Assembly: GCA_040954595.2 (NCBI GenBank)
Contig: CM082577.2
Coordinates: 5,258,301-5,322,300 of the forward strand
Direction of reading: 5' to 3'
From: Balanoglossus misakiensis
Taxonomy: Eukaryota; Animalia; Hemichordata
DNA length: 64,000 nt
Shown here: in pieces, positions 12,201 through 26,500 of the stretch
How the letters are laid out: each line of letters opens with the position of its first letter
How positions within the stretch are numbered: the stretch's first letter is position 1
Made by a program: the position numbers and the translations under genes
The notes under the pieces: generated by a model
Told to the model about the DNA's origin: nothing
Databases searched by the model: none
The model's input: only the letters and a program-made list of their open reading frames with translations

Positions 12201-15200
12201 ACTGAGTTACTTGGTTATTCGGTAAAGCACCCCTGTAAGAAAAATTGAACCCTGGCATTTTGGAACAATTACGACTGCTCCTTCATATTCAAGTCAACTT
12301 GACATTTTCGTTGCCCTGGGATTACTGTGAGCACAGTTATAGAAGTGTTGCGAAAAGACGAAATGGTCGTGACTTTGCATATCAACTCATGATTTCGACT
12401 TCAAACATGGTTATTTTTATCTTATCGCCCTTACGGAGATGTGAATCTGATATGATTGTACATAAATTGTAAATTTGAGGTGCACCCAAAATATGGCCGC
12501 CAGCGTACAATTTCACAGACAATGCGGACACCGATGATTCTGCGCACGCTTGGTGAAAATAAAACGGAAGACCAATATGATGGAATTCAGTATTCACACC
12601 ACAGTAAAGCATATTGTGTATATTTTAAAGCGTCTAAAAGCGGGTGCGATGGTTTTGACGATGATGTGTCAAAAACTGGCAGTCAAAATGTATTTGACAA
12701 ATGTTGACTAAATGGGATGATATTTCAATACTGACGCATATAGGCCTATATCAGGAAATTGAAGGTGTAAAGTTTTTTTTTTCATAATGCAAAAGATGTA
12801 ACTTAGCTTGGCTATTTTTTCTGTATTTTTGTTTCGGTGGATCTACTGCAGTTTCGTGTCGAAATCCTGTAGGTATGATGAAATGTCCAGTATTTACCAG
12901 CATTCTTTGGACTGTCGAACAAGAAACCGCGGTTGGTATTGCACAGAGCATATTACGCGTATAAGCAAAAGGTTGCACCTAATGGACCTTTAAAATGTTG
13001 TTTGCGAATACAGGTTTAGAGGCAGTTATTGATCCCGGAAGACAGAGCGAGGGCACTGGAATGCCCGGGAACTAAATCTCCACAGATCAGATCAGTTCGA
13101 CAGCATTTAATTCTGCGGTAAGATTACCATGAAAGGATAACGCGCGAAACTGAAAGCAGATAAACCAACACAATGTATTAAAATACAGTTTATCAGTAAA
13201 ACAGTTTGTTCCAAGGGCACGAGAATCGCACGCAAGTCTGCATCATCCCTTTTCTTAAGTAGTTGAAGACAAAAACGTATATTTTCTTCAATCTCACGTT
13301 TCGCATATATACATTGTGTACGTTGGTCGGTTGGGAATCTTGATGGCCGCCATGTTGTCCTTCTCATTATATAGGTCATGTGACAAACCTTGGAATTTGA
13401 TCATTTCCACTGCCGGCGAATAACAAACACGTGATTATTAAGTCAGTCATGCTCCGTGATCGTCCCGTGATTAAATCAATTGACCAGCGGTGACGTCACC
13501 GATGAATTTCATGTGCGACTAATTATGATGTTATCCAAGATTTGGAGGCGCGCACCGATTTCAGCGGTTGCCGTGGCAACATCACGGAAGCCCTGCATGT
13601 CTTTGAGTGACACATTTATTGTGGAATATAGATTCAGGGAACTGTGCAGTCCGTATACGATGCGTCTTGCAAAGATTTATAAAGGTCTTAATATTTTCCC
13701 TGTCCCGTGTCCTCTGTTCTCCGCGCGCATTTTAGTAGAGAAAAATTACAAGTCAGAATCGGCCAAACTGCCGTGGTCCCAGTCTTCACCTTTCAGACAT
13801 TGTGTGGGCTAAAGGTTGTCACTGTCAAATTGATGGATTGAGCCAATTGTTCGCCCTTAATAAATTGAAACTCTTGGGGAAAATACAGCAATGCATAGAA
13901 CGAATAGAAATATTTCACTCTTGAGATGTTTGCACTTGTCAGTTTTTTGTAGTTTGTTAAAATGATATCAAATGTAAATGTATAAGATACAACATTTGTC
14001 CGATAAAGGATGAACAACATTATATCACACAGAGCTTGTTGTTTTAATTAATCTCGAGAGCAATTTTTGTAAGAAACGTTCTACACAGTAAGCCCGGCTT
14101 GATTGTAGTTTTTCAGAGTCCCGCAGTTATTTTCATCCGTCTGATCGCCAAGATAATGTGGAACTATGTTTCTCCCCGAACCGTGGCTACAGCTGTGTTA
14201 TACCCAATGGCTTTGATGAGCTGTGCACGCAATGGCGCGCTGTACACAAAACGCGCGTATAATATGGCGCGGTCGGTCAATACTCCTTTCTGGAAATTGT
14301 GCCGGAGCCAGGGAATAGATATGTTTCTGTGCAGCTTGAAATCTGTTTCACTGTAAAATGCACGGTGATCACACACTACAAGTATGCATCATCCTCATAC
14401 ACAACCGCAGCGATGCATGTAATTGCTAGCGCTCTTTGTCACAAGAACGTCTCAGGGTAAAGGTCGCCGATCGATACAATGACGTCATATTCGGATGCAA
14501 ATTTTCAATCATAGTTTTATTGAACCAGGACTTTTGTTGTCTGATTTTGCTCAGAGCAATTGTAGTAGTCTTCTCGAGGCATTGGCATTTCTTACTCGTA
14601 AAACATGTTTGACGTTTTTATTTCCTGGGTAAATTCTCATAAAAAAATTATTATTTCGCAAAGTTTGGTCGAAAAGCATATATTGTTTTTTTTTTATCTT
14701 GTGTGTGACTAACGCAGGTTGCTGACTTATGAATCAAGCACATTTATGAAGCCGCTTTCCGTAGCCCGTCTAATTAACCGCTCAAACTGGATCAGATTAT
14801 CACATTCGTATTTTTAAATATTTTACTGTATATTTTTTTTACATTTTATTCATTGCTACGTGAACCCAACTACACGATGACATTTCTCTTCTGCAAATTG
14901 TAATTAGTTGACATAAATTGGCAGTATTCCACTTGAGATGAGCCAGAGTAGGTTAGATTTCAAATCCAGCGACTGTCCCAAGTACATGTATATGCCGTAT
15001 GGTTTGCATTTTTTTTTCCAAACACAACCTTAGATGCGCTCTCACGGTCGCGTGTGGGTGGCATATCTCTCTGTTGCCACTGACAACGCGGTTGACGTCA
15101 CCGGTACGCCAGACTGTTCGTTTTAAGGTGGTGATATGTTAGGAAGATCAAGTAGGGAATGGAGAAGTGTGTGAGTCTTACGCAGCTACGGTCGAAATTC

Positions 15201-15559
15201 GGCTCGATATCTGCGTTGTTCGAGTGCGCGATAAGAAACAGGTTCCAATCGGCCGCCGCGGTTTGTCTGTCTGCTGACGAACAGCACACACTACTACGCC
15301 ACGGAATTACGCACTCGGAATAAAAAAACACACAACAAATTTAGCCCGTTCCGTTCATTCTTCAGGGAGCGCTCTCACGCAGTCGCTGAATCTCTTAGTT
15401 CGAACAACAATTTCACAAATGCAACCGGCCGACTTCTCAGGGGAGCCGTCACCGAGATAAACGGAGTAATCGCCCAATGCATATTCACTTGTAAATGAGT
15501 GGCTGCTGAAAGCGAAGGATGGTCACCCGATCACGCAAAAGAGAGAGAGAGAGGGGGGG

Positions 15560-15592
<33 letters not shown>

Positions 15593-17167
15593 GGGGGGGG
15601 GAATGGTTGGATAAATTGAAACGCTAGAAGTATGTGGGTGGCGAGCAATTACAACTCATTTCAAGACTCTAAGTGACGGCGTTGCGCGACGGGACGAGAA
15701 AACAAGTAAATGGGCCCCTGGGAATAGCAGATAATATTACCGGTAAAATTTTTACAAAATATCGAACGGTGATAACATATGACTGAGAATGAATATGGAT
15801 TGCTATGCGACTATCTGATTCTGGAACAAGAACGGCTTATTCGCACCTGTAATGGCGGACGAATTGCACACGATGCCCGATAACAGCAATGACGTCGCGC
15901 CAAAGTCTCAGCGGCATTTGCATTTGCATGTTACTGGTACATACCGCAGCTCGTATATATGCACCGGAAAGACATGGTAATATTTACATTCGAAAATTAT
16001 AAATCTGTCAGGATGTATGGAGACCCAAATACGCATGGCTGCAAAACCATTAACTTCATGCCTGTAGTTCCAGAATACAGAATTTAATTACAGTACTGTA
16101 AAGGATGGCGTTTGAACGATCTTTGTGCGTGCATCGCTCAGGCAAGCAGCTGCAGGGGGCTCTCCAGTAAAATACATTTATATAGAGATGCATAACACAG
16201 CGAGACGTCAAAGAATTTCTTTAAAAACCGCAGTGTGTTATTTCTTTTTGGCTCAACATCAGAAGGAATACAATAGCATTCTCCTTCAGAGACGCTGATT
16301 ATGATTATGTCGTAAAAATGTCAAACTGACGAAATCGAAGTGAACTGGGGGGGGGGGGGAGGTCGGACGCAGAGAAAACCTCAAAGTGTTGAAATCGCAC
16401 GTGGTGAGAGCTTGGCGCGATCTCGCGAGACTGCCAACTGCAGCATGGGTTGGACATCCGAGTCGCTAGCCGAGCGATCTCGAATACTGGTAGTAGGGGT
16501 CTATGAATACATGTAACGCTATGCTAGCAAACTGTGTACGCCTACCACTGTTAGCAGTTGAATGGGGAGTATGTAAACAGAACTGCGCTTTCAAGTCGGT
16601 GTGTATCGTATCTCGAAGAAGTAACTGTCAAACAAAGCTTCTCTTTTCTGGAACCCTGAAGGGGAAACACCCCGGTGCATGATGGGAGCCAGCGGAGAAG
16701 ACGACGATTGTTTGCGCAGGCTTTAGTGTTCTGTAGCCGACGGTGGAACTGAAATGCGATTGACTTGCTTCACAAAGTCTATGACGTAAACCATGAATAG
16801 AATAGTAGGCAGTGGCTTAGTTTCTAGTGCATTTCAATGTTTTATCAATGCACGTCATGCGACGAAAAATCGACATGAAACGATCGAGGTCACGACGTTC
16901 TGTGAAGCAGACGATAGATTTTCGGAATTTGCACAAAAAGTATATCTTTGGTTTTTAATTGCTTTAAATGATTTATGTTAGAAGTGAGCTGTGATCAGCC
17001 TGAGCGGTGCGTGAGATTTTCTGATAGTTCATTGTGCAAAACAAAAACATGATAATAACGGAGTTGATTATTTTTATATTATTAATGTTTTCAATTATTA
17101 TTATTATTATTATTGTCATTTTTATATCATCGTCACCAACACCACCACCATCGTCGTCGTTAATGAT

Positions 17168-17254
<87 letters not shown>

Positions 17255-20200
17255 TACATGTATTGTAAAATTACTAATATGGTGTACTGGGAACACCTGG
17301 CGACCCAGTTCACTTGCGCCATTATAAAATGCCACCTGTGAGTGGAATGATGACATAAACAAACACAGCCCATGCAGATCAGGATTTACGATACTCACTC
17401 AGGTGAACTGATTTATTTTGTGCTCGGCCAGAGTACTTACGCTTGCCGGAGAAAGTGGCGACACACAAGAATCTGTCAGCAGCGGAAAGGGTGTCTTAAT
17501 TTATCTTTTTTCGCCTTTTTGAGGTTGGATTCGTGATTTATGTTATTTATGGGATCAATGCACCGTTTCTCGCGTTAATTAGTACATCGGTGTATTTCAC
17601 TGTCCCCACAACGCGTCAAATGTACGGTAAGAACGGTGTCAGCTGCCCAGCTCTGCACACACACACATGCACACGCGAAAAAACCCTGAATTATGACTTA
17701 AGTACGTAATTAAAATGCAGACACAGCGAAGGGGGAAATGAATTCTGGGGAAATATCGAGTGATTGCCGCAGTTGTCGTGAGGGATTGCACTCCAAGCGG
17801 AGACGCAAAGTTCAATTCTAATTTCAATTTTTTTGGCTTCAAGTCAAATGAAGCCCGTGAACTTTTCAACCGTCTTTTAATATGCTCTGTCCACCCGCGA
17901 ATTTCGCGGCATCTGCGCATGGAAACGTACAGACAGTAACGTCTCGTGACTCAGTGCTTTGATGTATTTTGGGTGAATGTGCCTAATTAACACGCATGCA
18001 CGGCCATACGTTGATCCTTTGATAAAATAGGCGCGCAAAATTCAAAAGTTGGAGTCCCCCATGACCTCCGTCAGACCAACCTGTTTTTACCCCCCCCCCC
18101 CCCCCCCAATTTATTTTCTTGAGCAGCGCAATCACTGCACTGTTGGCGATGACATGTATGTTTTTCTGTTTAGCGGTTATCAGCTTATTTCCACATTGTA
18201 TGAATTGCACTCGCTGTATTTCTTTACTCCAAATCAAATTATCAGTTGTCAGCGCTTGTCTTGCCCGCACACGTGACTCGCAAGCACCGTCGGAATATTT
18301 CATCCGGGGAGCAAATTGACATATTTTCGCCTAATTACTCGAAACATGGTTTTTTGTCTAGCGCCAGGAAGTCTGCCGTGTTCGCTCTGAATAGCGTCTA
18401 CAGCAAAAGGCCTCCAACAAACATACAAAAATGTTCACGTTCTCTCAAGGATGACTGATTTTTGCCAGTATTCTGTGCGTGAGGACGGGGCCGCATGATG
18501 AACAAGCACATTAGGGGGTTATTAAGTGTGCGAACTCGCCTCCAATTTATAGCGCAAATTATAATGATCGCTGATTTGTGTGAAAATCGATCGTTGACGT
18601 CTGTCCGGGCGCTGGTCTCATTTTTCGCGCGCAACGTGAATTTGTTCACTTGTCCCTTCGTAGATCAACTGAGAACACAGCCAACGTTTTGCAAGCGTCT
18701 TCAGCATTCAGCTCCAGACAACCATTATTAATGACACATATGTAGACGACATGTCACGTTTTAACCTACAAACGCCATGTTTTTACAAATTTCCAATACA
18801 ATCGTGCTTTCTACGTCCCCTATAGTTCGTTATTACCGTCTAAAAATCGTCGTTGATTTGTCAGCATCTGCATGTTTAAATTGAGGCCTTGATAGAAGTT
18901 TTTTTTCTAGAAATTCTCAATGTACTCCTATGGAAAGAGACAAATTCGATGTTCTCATATAGTACGTGACGTCATTAATGGCATATTAATACCAAAATGA
19001 AGGTTAGTCTTCTGCGAAAACGCATCCGTTTCCGGTTTTTAGTAAATTACCTACTACGCCTTTACGAAAAGTGGGTGCATTGAAATTATAATCATCAAAA
19101 TGGAAACGAATAATGAGTGACATAGATACATCCATGTTGAAGCCAGTTGTAGCTGGCGTTTTACAGTGTGGGAAAAATTACCTGGTATAATCACAGACCC
19201 CGGGTCTTTGGTATAATCACGTGGTCATCCACATGTTCAGTGATCACAACCAGATCGCGCGAGCATGCGCATGGGAGAAATTGACGCGCCATGACATCTA
19301 AACAAATTTAGTAATCTCGCACCAAATTAAATCTGTTCTTTTACTAATTTACCGTAATCACCTTTACAATAGAGTGTCTCATATGTCTGATATGTACTTG
19401 TGTGGTCTAATGATTTTTCCCTCTGTCTAATGATGCTTTATGATTAGGTTTGATGCGTCTGCAATTTCCCGACCACAGTCGGCTAAAAATGCAAAGTTCA
19501 CCACTTCTCACTTTTCTCATTTTTCTTTTACGCTCCCTCGTCTCAACTGCACACAAGAAAGTGTGCGGTCGCGCTCCAAGAATCCTACACGCGACAGAAC
19601 TACAACACTCACGTATCCCATAATATTATCAAGTCACATTTCAGATGATCGTGAAATCTGCCGTGCAATCCAGTTGAAGAAAGCTGTTGGTGGACATAAT
19701 AAGTACTGGCATTACGCAAGCTATCGCCGAGAGGTTTTCCAAACGAAATAATTGTCATGAAGACGCAGGAAGTGCGAAAGGACGTTTCTAAATATATTGA
19801 AATTGAAATTTAGAAGTACCTGAGGACCTAAAAGGGCAAATTAATGTTTCCCGCGCTAATTGCTCAACCCCTGAGAACTCGTGTCGTCTTGGCGGGAGAC
19901 TCCTCTTTCCTGTTTCAGGAAATGGAGGAGAAGCCATTAGACTCTATCAGATCCTACTCAACCTCAGAGTCTGTGTCAGTTGATCAGAAAATTGGCTCTC
20001 GGTCTAACCTACTCACCTAGGCAAAATATTAGATCAGCTTTATTCAGATTCAACACAAACCGCTGGCGAGTTTGGTTGGTGTTACCTTTCAAAATGGCGG
20101 CAGTACAATATACGGCAGTTTCAGTGTAACATTTCTTAAAGAGAAAGACATTTCTGGCATATGTTCTGAAACACACAGTACATTTTACACGCATAAGGTC

Positions 20201-23200
20201 TTGTTGAAATTGAGTGTTTATGCGGGGCAGAGCCTTTGTTTTCTATTGAAATATTTATCAAGTTTAATACACTTGCTTTTATATTAGGCCGGTGAAGATG
20301 GTACATCTTTCGGCTTTTGTAAACACATGTACTAAGTATTCAATTCCAGTCAGCAAGTTTTAGTCATTACTGCAAAGACCCTCTGGTTCTCCAAATCCTG
20401 CTCTAAGATAACTATCCATTACAATAACAAGACCTTTTAAAAGATTTGCAGTGTTTTTGTGTAAGTTAGGATGAAAACGTGAAGCCCCACTGGCAATGTG
20501 GTTCAGTGTCATCGTCACGAGACTCTTGCAACAGCAATTTGGCAATATTGTTCTAGGAGAGGGTAGTTGACGATTTTCCGCCGGGGGGGGGGGGCGGTTG
20601 TCCTCGGGCACCAATTTTCGCAGCTCTACAGATGTCAATCATCCATCAGGACCGCGTCTTGCCTTTCACACAAACTCTTCTCAGTTTTTGTAGTTTCTCT
20701 TAATTAATATGGCGAATTGTCGAGGGTAGTGAATCGACAGCAATGGTTAAAGCATTGCTAGGTGGTAATATATGCAAATTAGGTTATAACCTCATCAAAG
20801 CCATCGTGTATGTCAGAAGGTATATCTGCATACAGAATGAGCTCAACTCTCCAGTGACCGAAAGAAATAAAAATCAGAGAGAAACAATAAAAAATTAAAA
20901 CAACTGCATATAGTTCTATCATCCTTCAAATGTCAGCATTTCATGCTTATTGTTGCTGATACGCCATTCTCTCTGTCCGTCATACTTTGATTTACTCGTA
21001 AGGCTTACATTTTTAAATTGAAATTTTAATCCAGTGAAACGATTTTCCGTTCGATTAATCACGGAGGAATTCTCCCTTTAAAACGCCAACTAGGCATTTA
21101 ATTTTCAAGGTGCGTCTTTCATTTGTGTCGACAGCGAGATTTTCGCCCGTGTTTGCATAATTATTCGGCGGTTTAATTGTTGACGGCGCGCGGCTGCTGG
21201 TTCGATCCCGCCGTTAGATTTATAGGTCGCTCCCACAGGTTTGCCGAGCGACGCACTATGACGTAGAAACGGAAAGAAATATTGACATGCAATAAAAGGC
21301 AATAATTGTGCCTCGTATACGGAAACTACGAGAAACGGTTTTATTGGGAGGAATCCGATAAAGTGGAGATGGCCTAGCCGGAGAATGCAGCGGCGTGGAA
21401 TTAGCAGATTCATGAAATTTTTACTGTTGATTATCACATGTGACCAGAGATGAAAAGTTGACATAACCTGATGCGGTAAACGTAAATCAGGGTGTGCAAT
21501 GATGCCGAAGCCAGTAACATAAAGCCGACAAGGCACATGGATGAAAAAAATCGAACTCCTTAACCTAACCATGATTCGATGTATTAAAAGTTACAGCGAC
21601 TGTAACTTTCGGTAATTTGGTTCCGTCCTGTTATCTTGCGCGCCAACTAATGTTTCTTGTTCTAATTTTGAGCGCTGTAGCGCAGTGTAGGTGTAATGAT
21701 CTTTTCAATTCACCTGCACCCGACGGTAACGGCCCTGGATTTACACACAACGTGTGTTGACACGCGTGGCTGTGCACGACCTCGTTTTGAACTTGGCACA
21801 CAAGTCGAGTGCGTCACTTCCGGTTTCGCGTACTTTTTGCGGGTCGATAGCTTTTCTATGAATAAAGTGAAGGATGGGGAAACCGGCGTTTTTCATACAA
21901 CTGTGTAACCATATCTTTTTTTATCAATACACGGACGTATCATCAAAATATTACAATCGATCCGTAGGTGGACACACATGAGATAACAGATGAGTTTAAT
22001 TAATGTATGATTGCATGAAATCCATCGGATCTTGTACAAATCCGAATAAAGCCACACATCGTTCGACAAATGGGTTCAGATTTAGGTCAGGACCAATTAA
22101 TACATTTCTCACTGTTTGAGAATACTTGTGTAGTCGTTACAGATGATGATAACTCTATCATAATTATTTGCACAGTATTCACATACTATATTATTAGTCG
22201 CTTAGTGAAGTATTCTACACAATATGCACGACAGCGCGGCAGTGGAGAATAAACGAGGATGGGGCCGGGCAAGAATTAGAACGCGGGAAAATTATCTGAT
22301 TCGGTAAGGCGTTGACCCTTCACCTAATTTACGACACACCATCCTGATGGAATGAGATTATCATCCCCCGACTGTAGAGTCCTTCGGATGACTAAATCAA
22401 TTTAAATAGCGGGAAATTTCTCTGACAGTGTGACGCGCGTGAACATTTGCGCGGCAATTCCACCTGCGGCGCGGCGGTGGGCGATTGAAGACATCCACAC
22501 GTACACTGGTATAATAAACAAACTAAAACGACATGAAATGAAATGCCCGCCTGTGGTGGCGCAAACACTACAGTCCCAGCAATCAACTTCTCCAAGTAAA
22601 AGCTGTGATTAACATTTCGGTTCTCTCATGGCCTTACAGAATAACCCGGCCTTGGGTGAAATCTTGGTGTCTTTGAACTATCTGCCATCCGCAGGGAGAC
22701 TCAACGTGGACATAATCAAAGCCAAACAATTACTGCAAACTGATATCATCACTGGATCTGGTAAGTATAACATTGAACAGAGGGGGTATCCTTGACAATT
22801 AACTTGCTTTCACGGAGTCTGTAGCTCATGGTTTCGAAAGGCTCTGACATAAATTACAGTTTCTTGATATTACTCGCTGTAAATACAATGTACTAGTATT
22901 GAAGCATAGATAACTAACAGACTAATGGTCGATTGTCCAACCTTTCTGTCATAGATCCATTTGTTAAGATACAGCTATTACAAGGACTAAAACTTATCAA
23001 GACGAAGAAATCGTCAACCAAGAAGAACACCATCGACCCAGTATTCAACGAATCTTTCAATTTCAACGTGTCGCCGGCCATGCTGGCAGAAAACAGCGTT
23101 GTCATCTCCGTGTGGGACTACAACAGCAAGTGCCGTGATGACTTCGTCGGTCAAATAGTCATTGGGAAGTACTCATCAGGTAGGAACGGCAGGCACCCTA

Positions 23201-23558
23201 AGGGAGCTTTCACTTATTTCGAAGGGGTGGGCCAGGGGAAATTGGGGACGGTCCATCATGTACAATGTATAGTGTGACCCTCCACCATTTCCCCCGACCC
23301 ATCCCCTCAAAATAACCGAAAGTTCCCTAAGTCGCCAGTTTGTGAGCTGTGATATTGCTAATGAAGAAATGAAAAAATGCGTCTGCTTGCCACTTTGCAT
23401 ATCATTTACATAATTTGTTTTATCATCCAGGTCCCAGTGAAATGACGCACTGGAATAGAATGTTTCAGTCCCAGCGCTCCCCAGTGGCCCAGTGGCATTC
23501 CCTGCACACGCGGGAAGAATGTGAACAAATCTCGCCAGCGTCGGCTGCAGTGTCCTGA
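6205..23558 (+). CDS. SYT17: Synaptotagmin-17 (B/K protein), 459 aa; join(6205..6222,7630..7650,9655..10521,22640..22760,22955..23179,23431..23558)
   Basis: Kozak gccgccgtcATG; all junctions are GT-AG and phase-compatible. Cys-rich N-terminus without a TM helix (LCCRNGCRYCSDCC), IDMKPIEF, C2A (AHSNPYVKVCLLPDQK...DFDKYSRHCVIG), C2B (LNYLPSAGRLNVDIIKAKQLLQTD...DPFVKIQL) and C-terminus QWHSLHTREECEQISPAS closely match vertebrate SYT17. Confidence 0.96.
7630..7650 (+). CDS. SYT17: SYT17 21-nt micro-exon (LEEHEDE)
   Basis: Long pyrimidine tract, then ccgcag|CTGGAAGAACATGAAGATGAG|gtaggt; phase 0-0; aligns with LEPLNE of human SYT17. Confidence 0.75.
9655..10521 (+). CDS. SYT17: SYT17 large exon (Cys cluster, linker, C2A)
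   Basis: ctttctag|ACT...CAG|gtaaat; lies within ORF 9664..10701. Confidence 0.96.
10535..10592 (+). repeat. (CACTA)n imperfect pentanucleotide microsatellite
   Basis: acactacaccacactacactacactactgtacactacattacactacactacactac just inside the SYT17 intron. Confidence 0.85.
15541..15601 (+). repeat. (GA)n / poly-G purine tract
   Basis: gagagagaga...ggggggg...gagagag...gggggggggg. Confidence 0.9.
17093..17254 (+). repeat. Compound microsatellite: (ATT)n followed by ~29 ATC units (17168-17254)
   Basis: Read directly; it creates the spurious poly-Asp and poly-Ser ORFs. Confidence 0.97.
22640..23558 (+). CDS. SYT17: SYT17 C2B exons (22640..22760, 22955..23179, 23431..23558)
   Basis: Splice sites ttacag|/|gtaagt, catag|/|gtagga and tccag|...TGA; translation is a complete C2B domain. 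Confidence 0.96.
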
Positions 23559-26500
23559 ACGCCGCCTCCATAGCCGCGCATGCGGAGTCAAAATGCACTG
23601 CAGCAAACTAAAACTACACCACTTGGCGAAAACGCAACTTAAACTTGTCAAGGCGCCGCCAGCGGCGAGACACCGAAACCGGAATCACGAGAATGAAGAA
23701 AGTCGACAGGGAAAAGACAACAAAAAAACGTGAGCTGCTCCTCTGTTGTGCTGGCAGGTTGCCAAGCTTTCGGCTTTCCTTCCGTTCCGATCCGTGTCAT
23801 CTTGATTTTTCAAGATAAACGTGTTCCTAAGCAAAGCCTCCACATCACACGTGTAACTACATTATTGCAGCTATACGTCGAGTAAAAGAATGATGCACTT
23901 TGTAATCGTACAACTAGACCTTTTGGGCACTCTCTAGGACTATTAAATTCATTTGCTATATTCTTCATCTTATTTGATATCTTCAGATTTTATCACCTTA
24001 GTGATGACGTCATCACAACTCTGACCTTTGCGCTAACCGCTAAGTTCTCCAGTATTTACAACCATAAGCTTACAAAAACCTACGTGTCATACAAGCAATA
24101 TTGGTAAATCAGAAAGTTTTAACGTATATTGGATTCTTTGTGTTTGCACATAATTTCGCTCAAACTTTTCGTCAGGTTCACAAGCCATCCCTTTAGTAAT
24201 TTTCACGAACATTGGCGCATGCTCCTTTGATAGTAAAGATGTAAAAAAATGCCATGGATACTGTATGAGAATGCAACGACTCAGACAATCGTGGAAATCG
24301 TATGTTGTCCGACTGGAAAAGTGATATATAGTCAAACTTTTCATTTATCAAAAAATCGTCGTGTTTAACAAAATTTCACGGTTCTCTATTCTAGACACGC
24401 GCATTGAATGTTTATTTCTCAGAGATTTCGCTCAAATAGCATACACTATTTACATGACTATAATATGTCCGGTCACTATGCTTGAGTGTCTGAATTGATT
24501 GGTGTGTGCGCCCTCTAGAGGGTGAAGTGACCAATGCAATGCAATCGTTTCTTCACCGTTGGCAACTTACACATACCACGTATATGCAACGTTGAGAGAG
24601 GCACCCGGACAATGTACATCAAAAAATGTAGAATTTATTTTGAGTATATATTTAAAAAGAGCTTATTTAAGTGACCTGCAAGGGTAGGATTAGTAAATAC
24701 GGTTCAGTATTTGATAGTATAATAATTACAAGAAAATATATATGTAGCAACTCTCCAAGCGGCGGGAGAGGTTTATTTTCCTGAGTGTAACGACCGCCTA
24801 ACTTACTGTAAAAATCTATTTAATTTGTAATGTAAAATGTAATGATATGTATCATTAGGTAAATATATATACATACATCTTTATTTGCGTTTTTACATAC
24901 TCCAGAAAGTCTTATGGTTGTTGATGGAATATTGAAAGTGTAGATAAGGTTGCGATTATTCAATTTACTCTGAACGTGTCACGTGAGAGAAGATTCAGTG
25001 ACAGGGCTTTCGCGTTCGTCAGTTACGTCACAAGCGCCAAAGTCAATGACCTTGTAAGGAGAATATGCCAGCTGTACTTTTATGTGAATATGATCATGAG
25101 ACATGATTATGTGGGCACATTGTCTTAAGAGTGTTATAGCGCCCTCAAACAGCCATCATAAATTTTATCAAAGCGAGGCCATTGGGGAAAGTTGACCGAT
25201 CACATCAAGGGTGTTTTCCCTTTGGCCTCGCTTCGATTTCAAATTCATCATGTGATGCTGCGTTAGGGCGCTAGACTAGTACTTATGAAAAGGGCGTACA
25301 TGTATTAAGGTCGGAGGCATCTGCATGTATATATATGCCAGAGAAGTGGTAGATATATTGTACAGAGATCTAGCATTTTGGATTGTTTACTATGCGCGAT
25401 AGATTCCACAGCCTCGAAAACACGACGAGCAGAAGTGATTATTTTTGGGTGCTACATGTAAATACTAGCCGTTGTACTTTCAGACAACTTTGCCAACGAA
25501 AACTTCAGGTCAAAGCTTGCCTTTTTAACGATTACAAAACCAAAAAAAACTTGCCGGAAACTTTAGTCACTAGTTTGAAATTAACTGTATTTGGGTTTTA
25601 TTTTGAGATTAACCGTTGTCCTTGGCGTTACATTGTAGTCCCAAATTTTAACTCTGTCGAACCAATCAGGTGGCTACCAAAAAATCTTCATGTCATGAAG
25701 AAAAAAATTGAACAAGACGATATTTATTCTGAAACGTTATGATGACTTACGTGTAACCCGGTGGTGAATAATTTACACGCTTGTGTCACGTGACAGTATT
25801 TGTTGTTAAATATTAAAAAGGAACCGACGACGTTTTGTTTCCTTCTCTTTTCTCTGAATATAATCATGAAGATGTCGGATCTCGGCTAGATTAATCTAGA
25901 TCTTCTGACGTAATTTACATAAAATCTACACCTTGTATAGAAATCGTGTTGTATTTCGAGATATTCAATGTAAGATGACCGCAAATGTATTTAAATGAAT
26001 TATTTGCTCTGTGCTGAAAAGTGAAATTTGTAATAAAGTTCGTAAAGCTCTGTGAAGTAACCGTTGTGTTTTATCATGTTTTAATATATATTGGCTGCAG
26101 TGAAACGTTATAGATTGTCGACCAAGTTGCTCGATGACAGCGCCCTCGCGTGGACGGTCGTCGCTATTATGATTTCTTTCTGTTCGGGGAAACTTTAGCA
26201 ACCATTCCAACCGAAGAATTGAATCAAAAGTTTATGTTGGATTGTTACTGCAATCGTGCGTCCTTCCCAGGTCTCATTTTTGTGTCAAGGAAACTCAAAC
26301 TGATGCAGCCTTTGGTCGCCCGAATTTATATCAAAACAGAGCGACCTCCAACCGGTCATAACACATCGCATTTTCTTCTACATTCGTTGTCTATTGTTTG
26401 CCACGAATTCTCTCAAATGCAAGTCTACGATTAAAGTAATCATCATTGTCAGCCCTTCGACCGACAGAACACGAACGCACCACTACCAAGCCGCATGCAT

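Noticed and set aside
16973-17398. Poly-Asp and poly-Ser ORFs
   Set aside because: Artefacts of the (ATC)n microsatellite.
21165-21215. B-box-like GGTTCGATCCC with a CGGCGG/CCGCCG stem, a possible tRNA
   Set aside because: Too short, no D or anticodon arm, and a mismatched T stem; at most a decayed tRNA-derived fragment.
21105-21572. 155-aa minus-strand ORF in the SYT17 intron
   Set aside because: No recognisable domain or supporting exon structure.
22786-22793. GTATCCTT, a U12-type donor-like motif in a SYT17 intron
   Set aside because: Using it would shift the frame, there is no U12 branch site near the acceptor, and the canonical gtaagt donor at 22761 fits.
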